Source: an uncultured Gammaproteobacteria bacterium (lineage in GTDB: Bacteria > Patescibacteriota > Patescibacteriia > UBA1558 > S5-K13). Taken from it: a DNA stretch of 64,000 nucleotides. This document shows positions 47,362-57,465 of this stretch, piece by piece (within the stretch, counting starts at the first letter, position 1; the number at the start of each line of letters is the position of its first letter). The position numbers and the translations under genes were made by a program. The stretch is taken from the NCBI GenBank assembly GCA_964424195.1, contig CAYRHT010000002.1:80120-144119 (forward strand). Direction: 5' to 3'. The notes below the pieces were generated by a model. The model was not told the origin of the DNA and did not search any database. It saw only the letters and a program-made list of their open reading frames with translations.

Positions 47362-48697
47362 AGATGATAATTATTAAAAGATAACTAAAGGTCATAGCTA
47401 AAACATTAAAGTTGGATATATTAATACTAGAAAACTCTATCTCTGAAATACTATTCACTATTTCAAATAGTACTTTAGCTAGAATGTATTCAATAAATCC
47501 AATTAGTTTAGCTAGGGTCAGGGAGATGTAGGATAATAGAATACTTAGAAATCCAAAGAGCATTAAGATAGGAATCATTGGGAGAACAAAGAGATTAGAA
47601 ATGGGAGCTAGAATAGAAATAGTTTTGAATTGGTAAGTGGTCAGAGGTAAGGTCATAATAATTGCTGAGAAACTAGAAACAAAAGTACTTTGGATTTCCA
47701 TTCTTTGAGGAAGAAATTTAAAGAGCTTTTGAAAGATGGGAGATAAATAGATTAAACCAATGGTTGCTAAGAAACTTAATTGAAAACCTAAGTCATGGAA
47801 TAGGAGTAAGGGGTTTAGAAGAAGAATAATTACTGCTGTATAGATTAGAATTAGATGTTTTTGGATGGGACGACCAATATTTTGACTAAAGAGAACAATT
47901 AATCCCATAATACTAGCTCTAATTGTTGAGGCTGAGAATCCAGAGAGAATAGCGAAGATAGTTAAGATTATTAAGATGATGGGTAATTGTTTTTCTCGAT
48001 TAATGTTTAGAGAATAAAGTATTTTAGAAAGCAAAAGAGTGATTAAAGTAATATGTAATCCAGAGATGACAATAATGTGAGAAACTCCAGCTCTTCTAAA
48101 TTCTTCTTTTAAATCTTCAGACATAGCTTTTTTGTAACCTAAGAGAATGCTATTTACAAAGCTAGCAGTTGGTTCCGGCCAGATCCTATTTATCTTCTGA
48201 GAAATATTACTCCGGAGCTTGTAAATAATTTGAAGAACGGGATTAGCTTGTTTGGATTTAATTAATTTAACTCGAGCTCCATAGGCTAGAGAATATATCT
48301 GGTCTTTAGCTAAGTATTTATCATATCTAAAGTCCTCTATTGCTTCAGGTTGAATCAAAAAACTAGTAACTTCTATTCCATCTCCATAATTATATGGTGG
48401 GTATAATTGAGTTTTAACTAAAACATTTCCCGATACTTCTTTGTTAAGAGGTTCTAGTAACTGAGTAGTTTTAATCTTTAATTTCTGATGATCAATTCTA
48501 GTATCTGGTGGAGCAATAATTATTCCTTGATAAGTATATTTAGGATGATTTTTGAATTCAAAACCTTGGGAGTTGTAATACCAAATCTGAGATTTATCAT
48601 CTTGATCAATTATTCCCAGTAAACCAAAAGCATTAGCAATGATTAATCCTAGGATAAAGAGAAGTCCAATACTAAAATTACGGGTAGATTTTTTCAT
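47333..48697 (-). CDS. comEC: ComEC/Rec2 N-terminal part (DUF4131 + competence channel domain)
   Basis: 454 aa, polytopic membrane protein with the competence-domain region VSHIIVISGLHITLITLLL. Confidence 0.7.
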   Translation of the reverse strand: MKKSTRNFSIGLLFILGLIIANAFGLLGIIDQDDKSQIWYYNSQGFEFKNHPKYTYQGIIIAPPDTRIDHQKLKIKTTQLLEPLNKEVSGNVLVKTQLYPPYNYGDGIEVTSFLIQPEAIEDFRYDKYLAKDQIYSLAYGARVKLIKSKQANPVLQIIYKLRSNISQKINRIWPEPTASFVNSILLGYKKAMSEDLKEEFRRAGVSHIIVISGLHITLITLLLSKILYSLNINREKQLPIILIILTIFAILSGFSASTIRASIMGLIVLFSQNIGRPIQKHLILIYTAVIILLLNPLLLFHDLGFQLSFLATIGLIYLSPIFQKLFKFLPQRMEIQSTFVSSFSAIIMTLPLTTYQFKTISILAPISNLFVLPMIPILMLFGFLSILLSYISLTLAKLIGFIEYILAKVLFEIVNSISEIEFSSINISNFNVLAMTFSYLLIIIIFVYVQKKKN

Positions 48698-48758
48698 AAA
48701 TAAAAAAAGTCGCTAAAATTCGCGACCTATTAATATCTTATTCCTATTTAGAAATAAA

Positions 48759-49964
48759 TCAAGTTTTTTCTATCCTCTTTGGAATTCTAAAAAATATGAT
48801 TACTATAATAACTAGTGTTAATGAAAATATGAAAGGATAATTAATATTAATACCTATTAAAACAGAAGCTATAAATATTAAAGGAATATCTAAGATGCTT
48901 TTTAAAAAATTTGACAAAGATAATGTGGTGGCTCGGTTAAAAGAAAAACTTTTTTTGTTATATAGTTCAGAGTATAATGGCCAACGCATTACTTCAGTAG
49001 TAATAATTAGCCCATATATGATTAGGAGCCAATATTTGTTTGTTAGCATAAAGGTACTGATTACAAACAGGGTTAGGAAAAAGGCTACTAAGTAATTTAA
49101 AATATTTATTTTGGAAGTTAAATTTTTGGAATGTACGAATTTCATTATGTTTTGATAGAAGGCAAAGACAATTATATTAATACTAGCACCCATAATTCCT
49201 AAAGTAATGATTGATATATCAATATCAATAAAAAATTTTTGATGAAATCTCCACATAATAAAGATGGCTGTGAATATTATTACCCGACTTAAGATAGCTC
49301 TGGTTAATTGCCAATCTTTTTTTATTAACTTAAAAGCATCTTTAATTATATTAGCTTCTTGTTTCTCTACATCTATATAATGGTTAGCTTCTATTAATTT
49401 AAAAGAGATAATTAGAGCAGTAATCGTAGCAATTAAATCAATTAAGATAATGATATTAAATTGATATCCTTGGAGGTCTTTAGCAATTAAAACAGCAACT
49501 ATGGGAGTGATGATTTTGAATAAATGTCTAGCAGAATGAAAATTACCTAATTTTTTCAAACTATCAGACTCTTGATTTAATTCTTTATTAGTATCATAAA
49601 CTAGAGCTTCAATAGTTCCAGAAAATAGAGCAAATTGGAGAGCTGAGAATATATAGGCGAGAATGAATATTGGAAAACTGCGAGCTAAGATTAATAGTAT
49701 AAAGAAAATTAGATTGAAAGCAGTTCCTAAAATAATTGTTTTCTTTCGACCCCATTTATCTGCTAAGTAACTAGAAGGGATTTCAAAGATTAAATTAATG
49801 ATTGACCAAACTATTGATAGATAAAATACTTGAGATAGAGTTAATCCTCGATGTAGAAAAAGTAGGACACTGATAATACTAAATACTCTGACAGTTGAAA
49901 AAGCCTGAATCCAAAATAACCGACTGAAGTTTTTTTCTAGTTTTTTCTCTCTAACACTATTCAT
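48759..49964 (-). CDS. Major facilitator superfamily transporter
   Basis: 401 aa, about 12 TM segments. The motif-A-like region LADKWGRKKTII lies after TM2. Confidence 0.65.
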   Translation of the reverse strand: MNSVREKKLEKNFSRLFWIQAFSTVRVFSIISVLLFLHRGLTLSQVFYLSIVWSIINLIFEIPSSYLADKWGRKKTIILGTAFNLIFFILLILARSFPIFILAYIFSALQFALFSGTIEALVYDTNKELNQESDSLKKLGNFHSARHLFKIITPIVAVLIAKDLQGYQFNIIILIDLIATITALIISFKLIEANHYIDVEKQEANIIKDAFKLIKKDWQLTRAILSRVIIFTAIFIMWRFHQKFFIDIDISIITLGIMGASINIIVFAFYQNIMKFVHSKNLTSKINILNYLVAFFLTLFVISTFMLTNKYWLLIIYGLIITTEVMRWPLYSELYNKKSFSFNRATTLSLSNFLKSILDIPLIFIASVLIGININYPFIFSLTLVIIVIIFFRIPKRIEKT

Positions 49965-51049
49965 TTTTTTATCCTTAGAACACTCTCTATAAACTCTAAT
50001 AAATTTCCATCAAGTACTTTGTCTACTTGATCAGTTTCATATTTACTTCTTAAATCTTTAATCATTTTGTAAGGATGTAGAACGTAAGAACGAATTTGGT
50101 TTCCCCAAGCAGCTTCTTGAACTTCACCTTGAATCTTTTTTCTTTCTTCTTCAGATTGTTCTTCATTAAACTTACTAAGCTTAGCTTTTAAATGCTTCAT
50201 AGCTTGTTCTTTGTTCTGTAATTGAGAACGTTCATTTTGACAGCTAACTACAATGTTAGTTGGGAGATGAGTTATTCGAACAGCAGAATCAGTAGTATTT
50301 ACTCCCTGTCCTCCTTTACCAGATGATTTAAAAGTATCTATCTTTAAGTCTTTTTCTTGAATCTCAATCTCAGTATCTTCAATCTCTGGAAATAGTTCTA
50401 CCATAGCAAAAGAAGTATGACGAGCATGGTCAGCATCAAATGGTGATAATCTTACTAAGCGATGAACTCCATCCTCTATTTTAAGGTAACCATAACTAAG
50501 ATTACCAGTTATTTCTAAAGTAATACTTTTGTATCCAACTTCATCACCTTTTGATTCATCAATAATCTTAGCTTTCCAATCCATCTTCTCAAAGAATCTT
50601 AAATACATTCTTAAAAGCATTGAGACCCAATCTTGAGATTCAGTACCACCAGCTCCAGCAAAGATAGTCATGATAGCGTTATTAGAATCATATTTATTAT
50701 TAAAGAACAAAGTAATTTCTAATTTTTTAAATTTCTTTTCTAGTTGATAGTATTTATCAGTTATTTCTTTTAATAAATTTACACTTTCGTCAGCTTTATC
50801 TAGCTCAGCCATTTCTAGAAGTTCATTATTCTCTTTCTCAATACTATTCCAATTATCTAATTGTTCTTGAAGGTTTTTTAGAGTTTGAGACTTTTTAGAA
50901 GCTTGATTCTGATTATCCCAAAATCCAGGTTCATTCATTTCATTTTCCAAGTCTTTAATCTTTTTTTCAGCATTTTGAATATCAAAAAACTTAATAGCTT
51001 CAACTATTTTCTTCTGTAATTCCTTAATTTTATCTATGATCTCGTCCAT
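49961..51049 (-). CDS. prfB: Peptide chain release factor 2
   Basis: 362 aa. SPF tripeptide (RLVRLSPFDA), a GGQ motif (SSGKGGQGVNTTDSAVRITH), and a single uninterrupted frame. Confidence 0.85.
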   Translation of the reverse strand: MDEIIDKIKELQKKIVEAIKFFDIQNAEKKIKDLENEMNEPGFWDNQNQASKKSQTLKNLQEQLDNWNSIEKENNELLEMAELDKADESVNLLKEITDKYYQLEKKFKKLEITLFFNNKYDSNNAIMTIFAGAGGTESQDWVSMLLRMYLRFFEKMDWKAKIIDESKGDEVGYKSITLEITGNLSYGYLKIEDGVHRLVRLSPFDADHARHTSFAMVELFPEIEDTEIEIQEKDLKIDTFKSSGKGGQGVNTTDSAVRITHLPTNIVVSCQNERSQLQNKEQAMKHLKAKLSKFNEEQSEEERKKIQGEVQEAAWGNQIRSYVLHPYKMIKDLRSKYETDQVDKVLDGNLLEFIESVLRIKK

Positions 51050-51132
51050 CTCTATTCTTTTTTACTATTCTATTGTATTATTATAATACATTGGATTAAG
51101 GATATTATCAATAATTATTAGATATTAAAAAT

Positions 51133-52080
51133 ATGTTAGAGAAAAATAATTTATCAAATGAAGAGGTTTTAATTGAAAACCCAAAAAGTGAAAAAGAAAA
51201 TGAATTTCTTTTAAGAGAAACATTAGAGAAAGCATTAACTAAAGGTATAAAATTAAATGAAGGTAATGATGGTATAATTTTGGAATTGGATATCAATGAT
51301 TTTTCACCAGAAGCTAGAAGTCATTTTTTTCCAGGAGAAAAAGATAATTCTGATAATACTCTAATTGCTAAGACTTTAAAAATATTTACACCTGGCAGTA
51401 TTAGTAGAGAATTTGAAAGTAATAAAAATGCTTACGATTTAGTAGAGTCAGAATCTGCTAAGCCCGAGAATAAAGGAAAATTTGCTAAAATAGTTAGACC
51501 TTATTTTTCTAAAGAATTAGATATAGAAGATGAATCAATTAAAAAGAAGTTGAAAAGTTTAGGTGTTAAAAACCAGGAAAAGGTTAGTATTTTGATTGAA
51601 GACTATATTGCTGGTGAAAACTTCTCTCTTCATGTTTTTAAGAAAATGATGGATGAGATACCATTTTTAGCTGGTTTAAAAAAAGAAGTTTTAGAATGGC
51701 AGAAAGAAAAAAATTTAGATCAAGAAGAAGAAAATACTGTTCATAAACAAATTTTATTATCCTTGGGTATAAAGAAAAACATTTTAGCTGATGAATATCA
51801 AGAATCTTTGAGAATTGCTGGTAGATTAAAAGAATTTATGAAAGATAATGATGTTAGAGTAGATCAACGGATTATTAATAAAGTTGTTAATACTATGAAT
51901 CTATTGAATCAAAATGGTATTTATCATAATGATCTTCATGAAAGAAATATAATGATTGAACTTGATAAAGATGGTAATATGTCTGATGTTGTTATTATAG
52001 ATTTTGGAAAAGCATCTGAGAATGAGAATATTAGCACTGATAATAACGTTATTAAAGGATATGAAGAATTTGGTAAATAG
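51133..52080 (+). CDS. Protein-kinase-like fold protein (APH/Kdo-kinase/RIO-like), hypothetical
   Basis: 315 aa. Catalytic-loop-like YHNDLHERNIMI and the DFG-like VVIIDFGKA. Confidence 0.45.
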   Translation: MLEKNNLSNEEVLIENPKSEKENEFLLRETLEKALTKGIKLNEGNDGIILELDINDFSPEARSHFFPGEKDNSDNTLIAKTLKIFTPGSISREFESNKNAYDLVESESAKPENKGKFAKIVRPYFSKELDIEDESIKKKLKSLGVKNQEKVSILIEDYIAGENFSLHVFKKMMDEIPFLAGLKKEVLEWQKEKNLDQEEENTVHKQILLSLGIKKNILADEYQESLRIAGRLKEFMKDNDVRVDQRIINKVVNTMNLLNQNGIYHNDLHERNIMIELDKDGNMSDVVIIDFGKASENENISTDNNVIKGYEEFGK

Positions 52081-52100
52081 AAATTAAAGATTTATATTCA

Positions 52101-52131
52101 AAAATCCCTCATACATGGAGGGATTTTTTTA
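52101..52131. terminator. Bidirectional Rho-independent terminator
   Basis: Hairpin AAATCCCTC-atacatg-GAGGGATTT followed by a T7 run. Confidence 0.65.
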
Positions 52132-52150
52132 TTTCCTAATTAATATAATA

Positions 52151-53842
52151 TTATTTACAAGTAGAATGCTTCCTATATTTAGTATGTAAGAGATGATGAG
52201 ATTTTTTACCAAGAGGTTTACCTAAATATTCATTATATAGTTGTTTAATTTGAGGATTATTATGAGCTTGTCTGTATTTCAATATCCGATCTTGCTGGTA
52301 AATAGCAGAAGCTCTTTTCTTTACTATTTCTTGAGTAGTTGGCTTTGGTTGTCCTCCACCACCAATACATCCACCCGGACAAGCCATAACTTCTACAAAA
52401 TCATACTTTGCTTTACCAGATTTAATTTCTTCCATTAACTTTCGGGCATTAGCTAAACCATGAACAACTCCTAAATTTAATTTATGACCAGCAACTTTCA
52501 AAGTTGCTTTTTTAATTCCGGAACTATTTCGAACAGCCTGATATTCAATATCCTTTATTTCCTTACCAGTTAAAACATGATGAGCAGTTCGAATAGCTGA
52601 CTCCATGACTCCCCCAGTAGCTCCAAAGATAGCTCCACCTCCAGATCCTAAACCTAAGGGCATATCAAACTCACTGTCTTTTAACTTCTTTAAATCTATA
52701 TCTTTTTCTTTTAGTAACTTAGCTAGTCCTCTAGTAGTTAGAACATAATCAACATCTAAACAACCATCACAAGCCATACCATCTCTTTGAATTTCATATT
52801 TCTTAGCAGTACAAGGCATAATACTAACTACAACTATATTGTAAGGGTTGATGTTAAATTTATGAGCGTAATATGATTTTACAATAGCTCCAAACATTTG
52901 ATGAGGTGATTTAGCTGAAGAAAGATGTTTTAAATGCTGAGGATAGAAGATTTCCATAAAGTTTACCCAAGCTGGACAACAAGAAGTAAACATTGGCATA
53001 GTTTTTTTATTCTTGATTCGATGAATTAACTCATTAGCCTCTTCCATAATAGTTAGATCAGCTCCGAAGTTAGTATCAAATACCATATTAAATCCTAAAT
53101 TCCTTAAAGCCGTAACCATTTTCTTAGTTACTAAACTACCAACTGGCATCCCAAATTCTTCTCCTAGAGCTACTCGCACTGAAGGAGCTGTTTGAACTAC
53201 AACATGCTTATTCTTGTCCTTTAATACTGCTTTAACTTCATCTATATTCTCATGTTCTTTAATAGCTCCAGTGGGACAAACTACTGAACATTGACCACAT
53301 TGCACACAAGTAGTCTGATCTAGATTAAATCCCATGGCAGTATCTAATTTCATAGCATTGGCTCTTTCAGAAAAACAAATTGCATTTACACTTTGGGTGT
53401 CTCTACATTTCTGAATACAACGACCACAAAGAATACAATCTTCAAAATTAATACTAATAGCCGGACTAGAGATATCTGGTTTTTTAGAAGGCTTTGCTTT
53501 AAATCTAAGTTCTTTAACATCGGGTAAATGTTCTAGTTTTAACCATTTTCTAAACTCCTCTTCTTTTTCAAAATTACAACCAACCAATTGAACATTTGTT
53601 TTTCTTTGTTGTAATACTTTGGGAGATTTAGTTTTTACTATCATTCCGTCTTTAACTAAATTATTACAAGAAGTCATGATTTTTCCATTAACTTCAACCA
53701 CACAAATACCACAACGACCGCTGGGTTTTAAATCAGGATGATAACAAAGAGTTGGAATATTTATTTTAGCTTTTTGAGCGGCCTTTAAAATAGTCCAATC
53801 TGCTTCTACTTTAACTTTTTTATTATCTATTGTTATTTGCAT
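52151..53842 (-). CDS. hydA: [FeFe]-hydrogenase catalytic subunit (HydA-like) with N-terminal 2Fe-2S and 4Fe-4S ferredoxin domains
   Basis: 563 aa. H-cluster motifs FTSCCPAW, MPCTAKKYE, and VEVMACPGGCIGGGGQP, plus an N-terminal plant-type ferredoxin Cys pattern. Confidence 0.85.
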   Translation of the reverse strand: MQITIDNKKVKVEADWTILKAAQKAKINIPTLCYHPDLKPSGRCGICVVEVNGKIMTSCNNLVKDGMIVKTKSPKVLQQRKTNVQLVGCNFEKEEEFRKWLKLEHLPDVKELRFKAKPSKKPDISSPAISINFEDCILCGRCIQKCRDTQSVNAICFSERANAMKLDTAMGFNLDQTTCVQCGQCSVVCPTGAIKEHENIDEVKAVLKDKNKHVVVQTAPSVRVALGEEFGMPVGSLVTKKMVTALRNLGFNMVFDTNFGADLTIMEEANELIHRIKNKKTMPMFTSCCPAWVNFMEIFYPQHLKHLSSAKSPHQMFGAIVKSYYAHKFNINPYNIVVVSIMPCTAKKYEIQRDGMACDGCLDVDYVLTTRGLAKLLKEKDIDLKKLKDSEFDMPLGLGSGGGAIFGATGGVMESAIRTAHHVLTGKEIKDIEYQAVRNSSGIKKATLKVAGHKLNLGVVHGLANARKLMEEIKSGKAKYDFVEVMACPGGCIGGGGQPKPTTQEIVKKRASAIYQQDRILKYRQAHNNPQIKQLYNEYLGKPLGKKSHHLLHTKYRKHSTCK

Positions 53843-54915
53843 AATTTTTTAAATTCATCAGGAAAATATTTAATAGCTGTTTGTAAATGTAATGCTGAAG
53901 ATTGTCCTAAAGCACATTGAGAACCTTGTTCAATAAACGGTATTAATTCTTGAATTAATTTAAATTCTTCAGCGGTCCATTTTCTTTTTAAATAAACTTG
54001 GAATAATTGTAATAATCTAAAATTACCTTCTCGGCAAGGAACACATTTACCACAATTTTCATCAACGAAAAATTGAATTGTTGATCGACAAATATCAACT
54101 ATACTCCTTTTTTTATTAGCAACAATAATTCCTCCAGAACCTAGCATAGCTCCTTTGCTTTTAATATTTTCATGAGTTAATACTAGACTGTCATCATATG
54201 GTAAACAGCCACCAGAAGCTCCAAAGAAGATAGCTTTAGGATTTTCTGCTCGTGCTTCTTTTAATAAATCTGCTAGCCTAACGCCTTGAGAAGCTTCATA
54301 AATTCCCGGATTTTCTACATCTCCAGAGACAGCAAAAAGCATTAATTTAGGATCAAAGTCTTCATGCCAGATTAATGGTAATCTAGCAAGAGTCTCAACA
54401 TTATTTACGCATGTTTTTTCGCTGAATAAGCCCTTTTCAGCCGGATAAGGTGGTTTATGTCTACTTTCAGCTCGATAGCCTTCTAAGCTATTAATTTGAG
54501 CCATTTCTTCGCCACAAATGTATGCTCCAGCACCAATTATTACTTCAATATCGTATTGTGAATGTTTCTTAATTATCTTTTTAAATTTAGGCTTTAAATG
54601 TTTGTATTCTTCTCTTAAATAGATATATGTTTTCTTTGCTCCCAGGGCTTTGATAGCGATATTAATTCCTTCAATTAAAAGTTCTGGGTTATGTTTGAGG
54701 ATGAATCTATCTTTAAAAGTTCCTGGTTCAGATTCATCAGCATTACAAATTAGGTATTTAACTGGACAGGATAATTCCCACTTTTTCCCAGTAGAAAAAT
54801 TAGCTCCACCTTTACCAGTGAGCTCGGACTCCATAATTTTTTTAATTATTTTTTGGGAGCTGAGATTTTTTATTTTCTCCCAAGTTTGGAAATTATTCTT
54901 AGTAAGAATTTTCAT
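53833..54915 (-). CDS. NuoF-like NADH-binding/FMN subunit of a bifurcating hydrogenase (HydB)
   Basis: 360 aa. Motifs GKGGANFSTGKKWE (FMN/NAD site) and CGKCVPCREG. Confidence 0.75.
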   Translation of the reverse strand: MKILTKNNFQTWEKIKNLSSQKIIKKIMESELTGKGGANFSTGKKWELSCPVKYLICNADESEPGTFKDRFILKHNPELLIEGINIAIKALGAKKTYIYLREEYKHLKPKFKKIIKKHSQYDIEVIIGAGAYICGEEMAQINSLEGYRAESRHKPPYPAEKGLFSEKTCVNNVETLARLPLIWHEDFDPKLMLFAVSGDVENPGIYEASQGVRLADLLKEARAENPKAIFFGASGGCLPYDDSLVLTHENIKSKGAMLGSGGIIVANKKRSIVDICRSTIQFFVDENCGKCVPCREGNFRLLQLFQVYLKRKWTAEEFKLIQELIPFIEQGSQCALGQSSALHLQTAIKYFPDEFKKLCK

Positions 54916-55331
54916 TTACTTAATTTTTGTTTTTTTAATATTTTGGTAATTTTTTCTTTTGTTAATTTAGTAAAAAACTTACCACTAATTTCCATGACCG
55001 GAGCTTCATCACATAGACCTAAACATTGAGCTGTCTCCAAAGCAACTTTAGCATTTTTTTCTCCTACCTTAATTCCAATTAACTTTTCAATATGTTTTAG
55101 TAAATTTTCACTACCTTTCATATGACAAACTGGACTATCACATATTTTAATAACCTTCTTAGGTTTTTTACTAAAGCTAAAAAAAGCATAGGAAGATGCT
55201 GTTTCATATAACTCAGCGGGAGACTTATTTACTTTAAGAGATAGTTTCTTTAAAGAAGACTTGGGAATAAATCCATGCTTATCCTGAATCTCGTGTAAAT
55301 ACTCTATAATTAATTTTTCTTTTTTAACCAT
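54912..55331 (-). CDS. NuoE-like thioredoxin-fold [2Fe-2S] ferredoxin subunit (HydC)
   Basis: 139 aa. Cys pattern CDSPVCHMKG ... CLGLCDEAP. Confidence 0.7.
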   Translation of the reverse strand: MVKKEKLIIEYLHEIQDKHGFIPKSSLKKLSLKVNKSPAELYETASSYAFFSFSKKPKKVIKICDSPVCHMKGSENLLKHIEKLIGIKVGEKNAKVALETAQCLGLCDEAPVMEISGKFFTKLTKEKITKILKKQKLSK

Positions 55332-55873
55332 TTTTCAATATTTAATTCACTAAATACTACTAGACCACCAATCATAGCTGTTACAAATTGCATATATCCC
55401 ATAGCCATTAATAATGGTTTAGGAATAATGTTTAAGGTGTACATTAGGAAAGCTATGGAGAATAGGAAGGCAGTTTTTGCTAAAGCTCCTAAAATTAGTG
55501 TTTTAAAATAATTCTTTTCAGTTCTCTTTCGAAAGATATGAACTAGAATTGCATTAGCAGCCCAAATTGCGGGAATCATGTAGAAAACAAATTTAGTTAA
55601 TTCACTAAAAAGATATCCACTAAGAACTACACCAACTGAAGGAAGAATAATCAAAGGTAAAGTTTGATATTTTTTTAATGAAAAAGCTCCTTTAATTAAA
55701 AGAGCGTTAATTATTATTCCAACAAGGATTTGTGGATGCTTTAAAAACATTGGAGTAATTAAAGCTATGGTTGATAAGATGGTCATTTCTAGAGTACTAG
55801 AAATTGCAGAAGTAAATGTACCAATATGCATTAGATCTTGGACTCTTAAATATAACTTTGTTCTGGTTTTCAT
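55310..55873 (-). CDS. Small polytopic membrane protein, possibly an ECF-type/BioY-like substrate-capture component
   Basis: 187 aa with 5-6 TM helices. No strong motif; the assignment is weak. Confidence 0.3.
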   Translation of the reverse strand: MKTRTKLYLRVQDLMHIGTFTSAISSTLEMTILSTIALITPMFLKHPQILVGIIINALLIKGAFSLKKYQTLPLIILPSVGVVLSGYLFSELTKFVFYMIPAIWAANAILVHIFRKRTEKNYFKTLILGALAKTAFLFSIAFLMYTLNIIPKPLLMAMGYMQFVTAMIGGLVVFSELNIEKWLKKKN

Positions 55874-55924
55874 ATAATTAAAAATTAGAAATTAAATTTC
55901 TTACATCTTTATTATACCACATTA

Positions 55925-57010
55925 TTAAAAACTAGTTTTGAGTTTAGTTTGTTTTTTAGATCTTTCTAAAGCTAAGGTTATAAGTCTATCTATTAATTTA
56001 GTTTGGGAGATACCAGTTTTTTCCCAGAGCTTAGGATACATACTAATGCTAGTGAATCCGGGAATAGTATTGATTTCATTAACATAAAGTTTTCCAGAAG
56101 GAGTTAAAAACATATCTACTCGAGACATTCCTTCACATTCTAATGTTTGAAAAGCTCGGACAGCTAAATCTTGTACTTTCTTCATCACAACTTTAGAAAG
56201 CTGAGCGGGAGCTTCTAAAATGGCTCCTTTTTCATCTACATATTTGGCATCATAAGAATAGAATTTACCTTGAGGAGTAATGATCTCACCAATTAAAGAG
56301 CCCTGAGGGTTTTCATTTCCTAAAACAGCACATTCAATTTCTCTTCCTTTTATAAACTCCTCTATGATTATTTTATGATCATATTGAAAAGCATTCTTAA
56401 CAGCAAAGTTAAATTCTTTTTCATTATCTACTCGATTAATTCCTACAGAAGATCCCATATTAGCTGGTTTTATAAAAAGTGGTAAACCCAATTCTTTTTT
56501 AACTTTAACAAAACTAATTTTATCTTCTTTGGTAAAAGTTAAAAATTTAGAATTAGGAATCTTAGCCTGAGTTAATAATTTTTTAGCTACATCTTTATCC
56601 ATACAAATACTAGAACCTAAAAGATCTACACCAACAAAAGGAATATTTAATAATTTTAATAATCCTTGCACGGTTCCATCTTCTCCATAAGTTCCATGAA
56701 GTACTGGGAAAATGGCATCAAGGTGAATAGTCTTTTTATTTGAAATCTGCATCAACTGTCCTCTATCTTGACCAGCAATGATAGCTAATTGTTTATTTGA
56801 TTTTTTAAGTTTTACTTTCTGAGGATCTAAGGAATTAGTACTAAAGCTTTTATCCTGCAAAAACCATTTTCCTTTTTTATCAATCCCAATTAGAACAGCA
56901 TTATACTTTTTCTTATCTAAAGAATTATATACATTCAAAGCTGAGATTAATGAGATTTCATGTTCGGCTGATTTACCTCCTAAAAGTATTCCAATATTTA
57001 ATTTTTTCAT
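55925..57010 (-). CDS. ddl: D-alanine--D-alanine ligase
   Basis: 361 aa. N-terminus KKLNIGILLGGKSAEHEISLISA, an ATP-grasp core, and the C-terminal region MSRVDMFLTPSGKLYVNEINTIPGFT. Confidence 0.9.
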   Translation of the reverse strand: MKKLNIGILLGGKSAEHEISLISALNVYNSLDKKKYNAVLIGIDKKGKWFLQDKSFSTNSLDPQKVKLKKSNKQLAIIAGQDRGQLMQISNKKTIHLDAIFPVLHGTYGEDGTVQGLLKLLNIPFVGVDLLGSSICMDKDVAKKLLTQAKIPNSKFLTFTKEDKISFVKVKKELGLPLFIKPANMGSSVGINRVDNEKEFNFAVKNAFQYDHKIIIEEFIKGREIECAVLGNENPQGSLIGEIITPQGKFYSYDAKYVDEKGAILEAPAQLSKVVMKKVQDLAVRAFQTLECEGMSRVDMFLTPSGKLYVNEINTIPGFTSISMYPKLWEKTGISQTKLIDRLITLALERSKKQTKLKTSF

Positions 57011-57023
57011 ATGATTTTATATT

Positions 57024-57464
57024 TTAATCATCTAATTTAAGTAATAATCTTGCTTCGCCATCTCCAAAATAATTATTTTTCCATTCTTTAATTTTAAAAC
57101 CAGATTTTAGATAAACTATTATAGCAGAATTGTTTTCAGGATGAACTACTAAATAAAGCTTCTTCTTGTCTTTTATTTTATCCAGAACTTTTTTAATAGC
57201 TTTAGATCCTAAGCCTTGTTTACGATATTTTTTTAAAATTGTTAATCCATTAAAATGAATTGAATTTTTTTCTTTTTCAAAAGAGACAGTGCCAATTTTT
57301 TCTTTGTCTAGAATAATAAAAAAGACTTGGCTGTTTTTGATATATTTTTTAACATCATCTTCTCTATTGAATGCTTTAAATGTTTTGCTAGCAGATTTCT
57401 TTTCTAAAATAGCTACATCTTTCCATTCTTTTTCAGTAACTTGTTTTAAAGTTATTTTATTCAT
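57024..57464 (-). CDS. GNAT-family N-acetyltransferase
   Basis: 146 aa. Acetyl-CoA-binding motif region RKQGLGSKAIKKVL. Confidence 0.6.
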   Translation of the reverse strand: MNKITLKQVTEKEWKDVAILEKKSASKTFKAFNREDDVKKYIKNSQVFFIILDKEKIGTVSFEKEKNSIHFNGLTILKKYRKQGLGSKAIKKVLDKIKDKKKLYLVVHPENNSAIIVYLKSGFKIKEWKNNYFGDGEARLLLKLDD

Positions 57465-57465
57465 A

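Noticed and set aside
49961-51049. Looked for the programmed +1 frameshift site typical of prfB, and for in-frame TGA codons that would indicate genetic code 4/25.
   Set aside because: RF2 is encoded as one uninterrupted frame, and TGA is used as a genuine stop (for example the gene ending at 36382). All long ORFs are intact under code 11, so there is no evidence for recoding or frameshifting.
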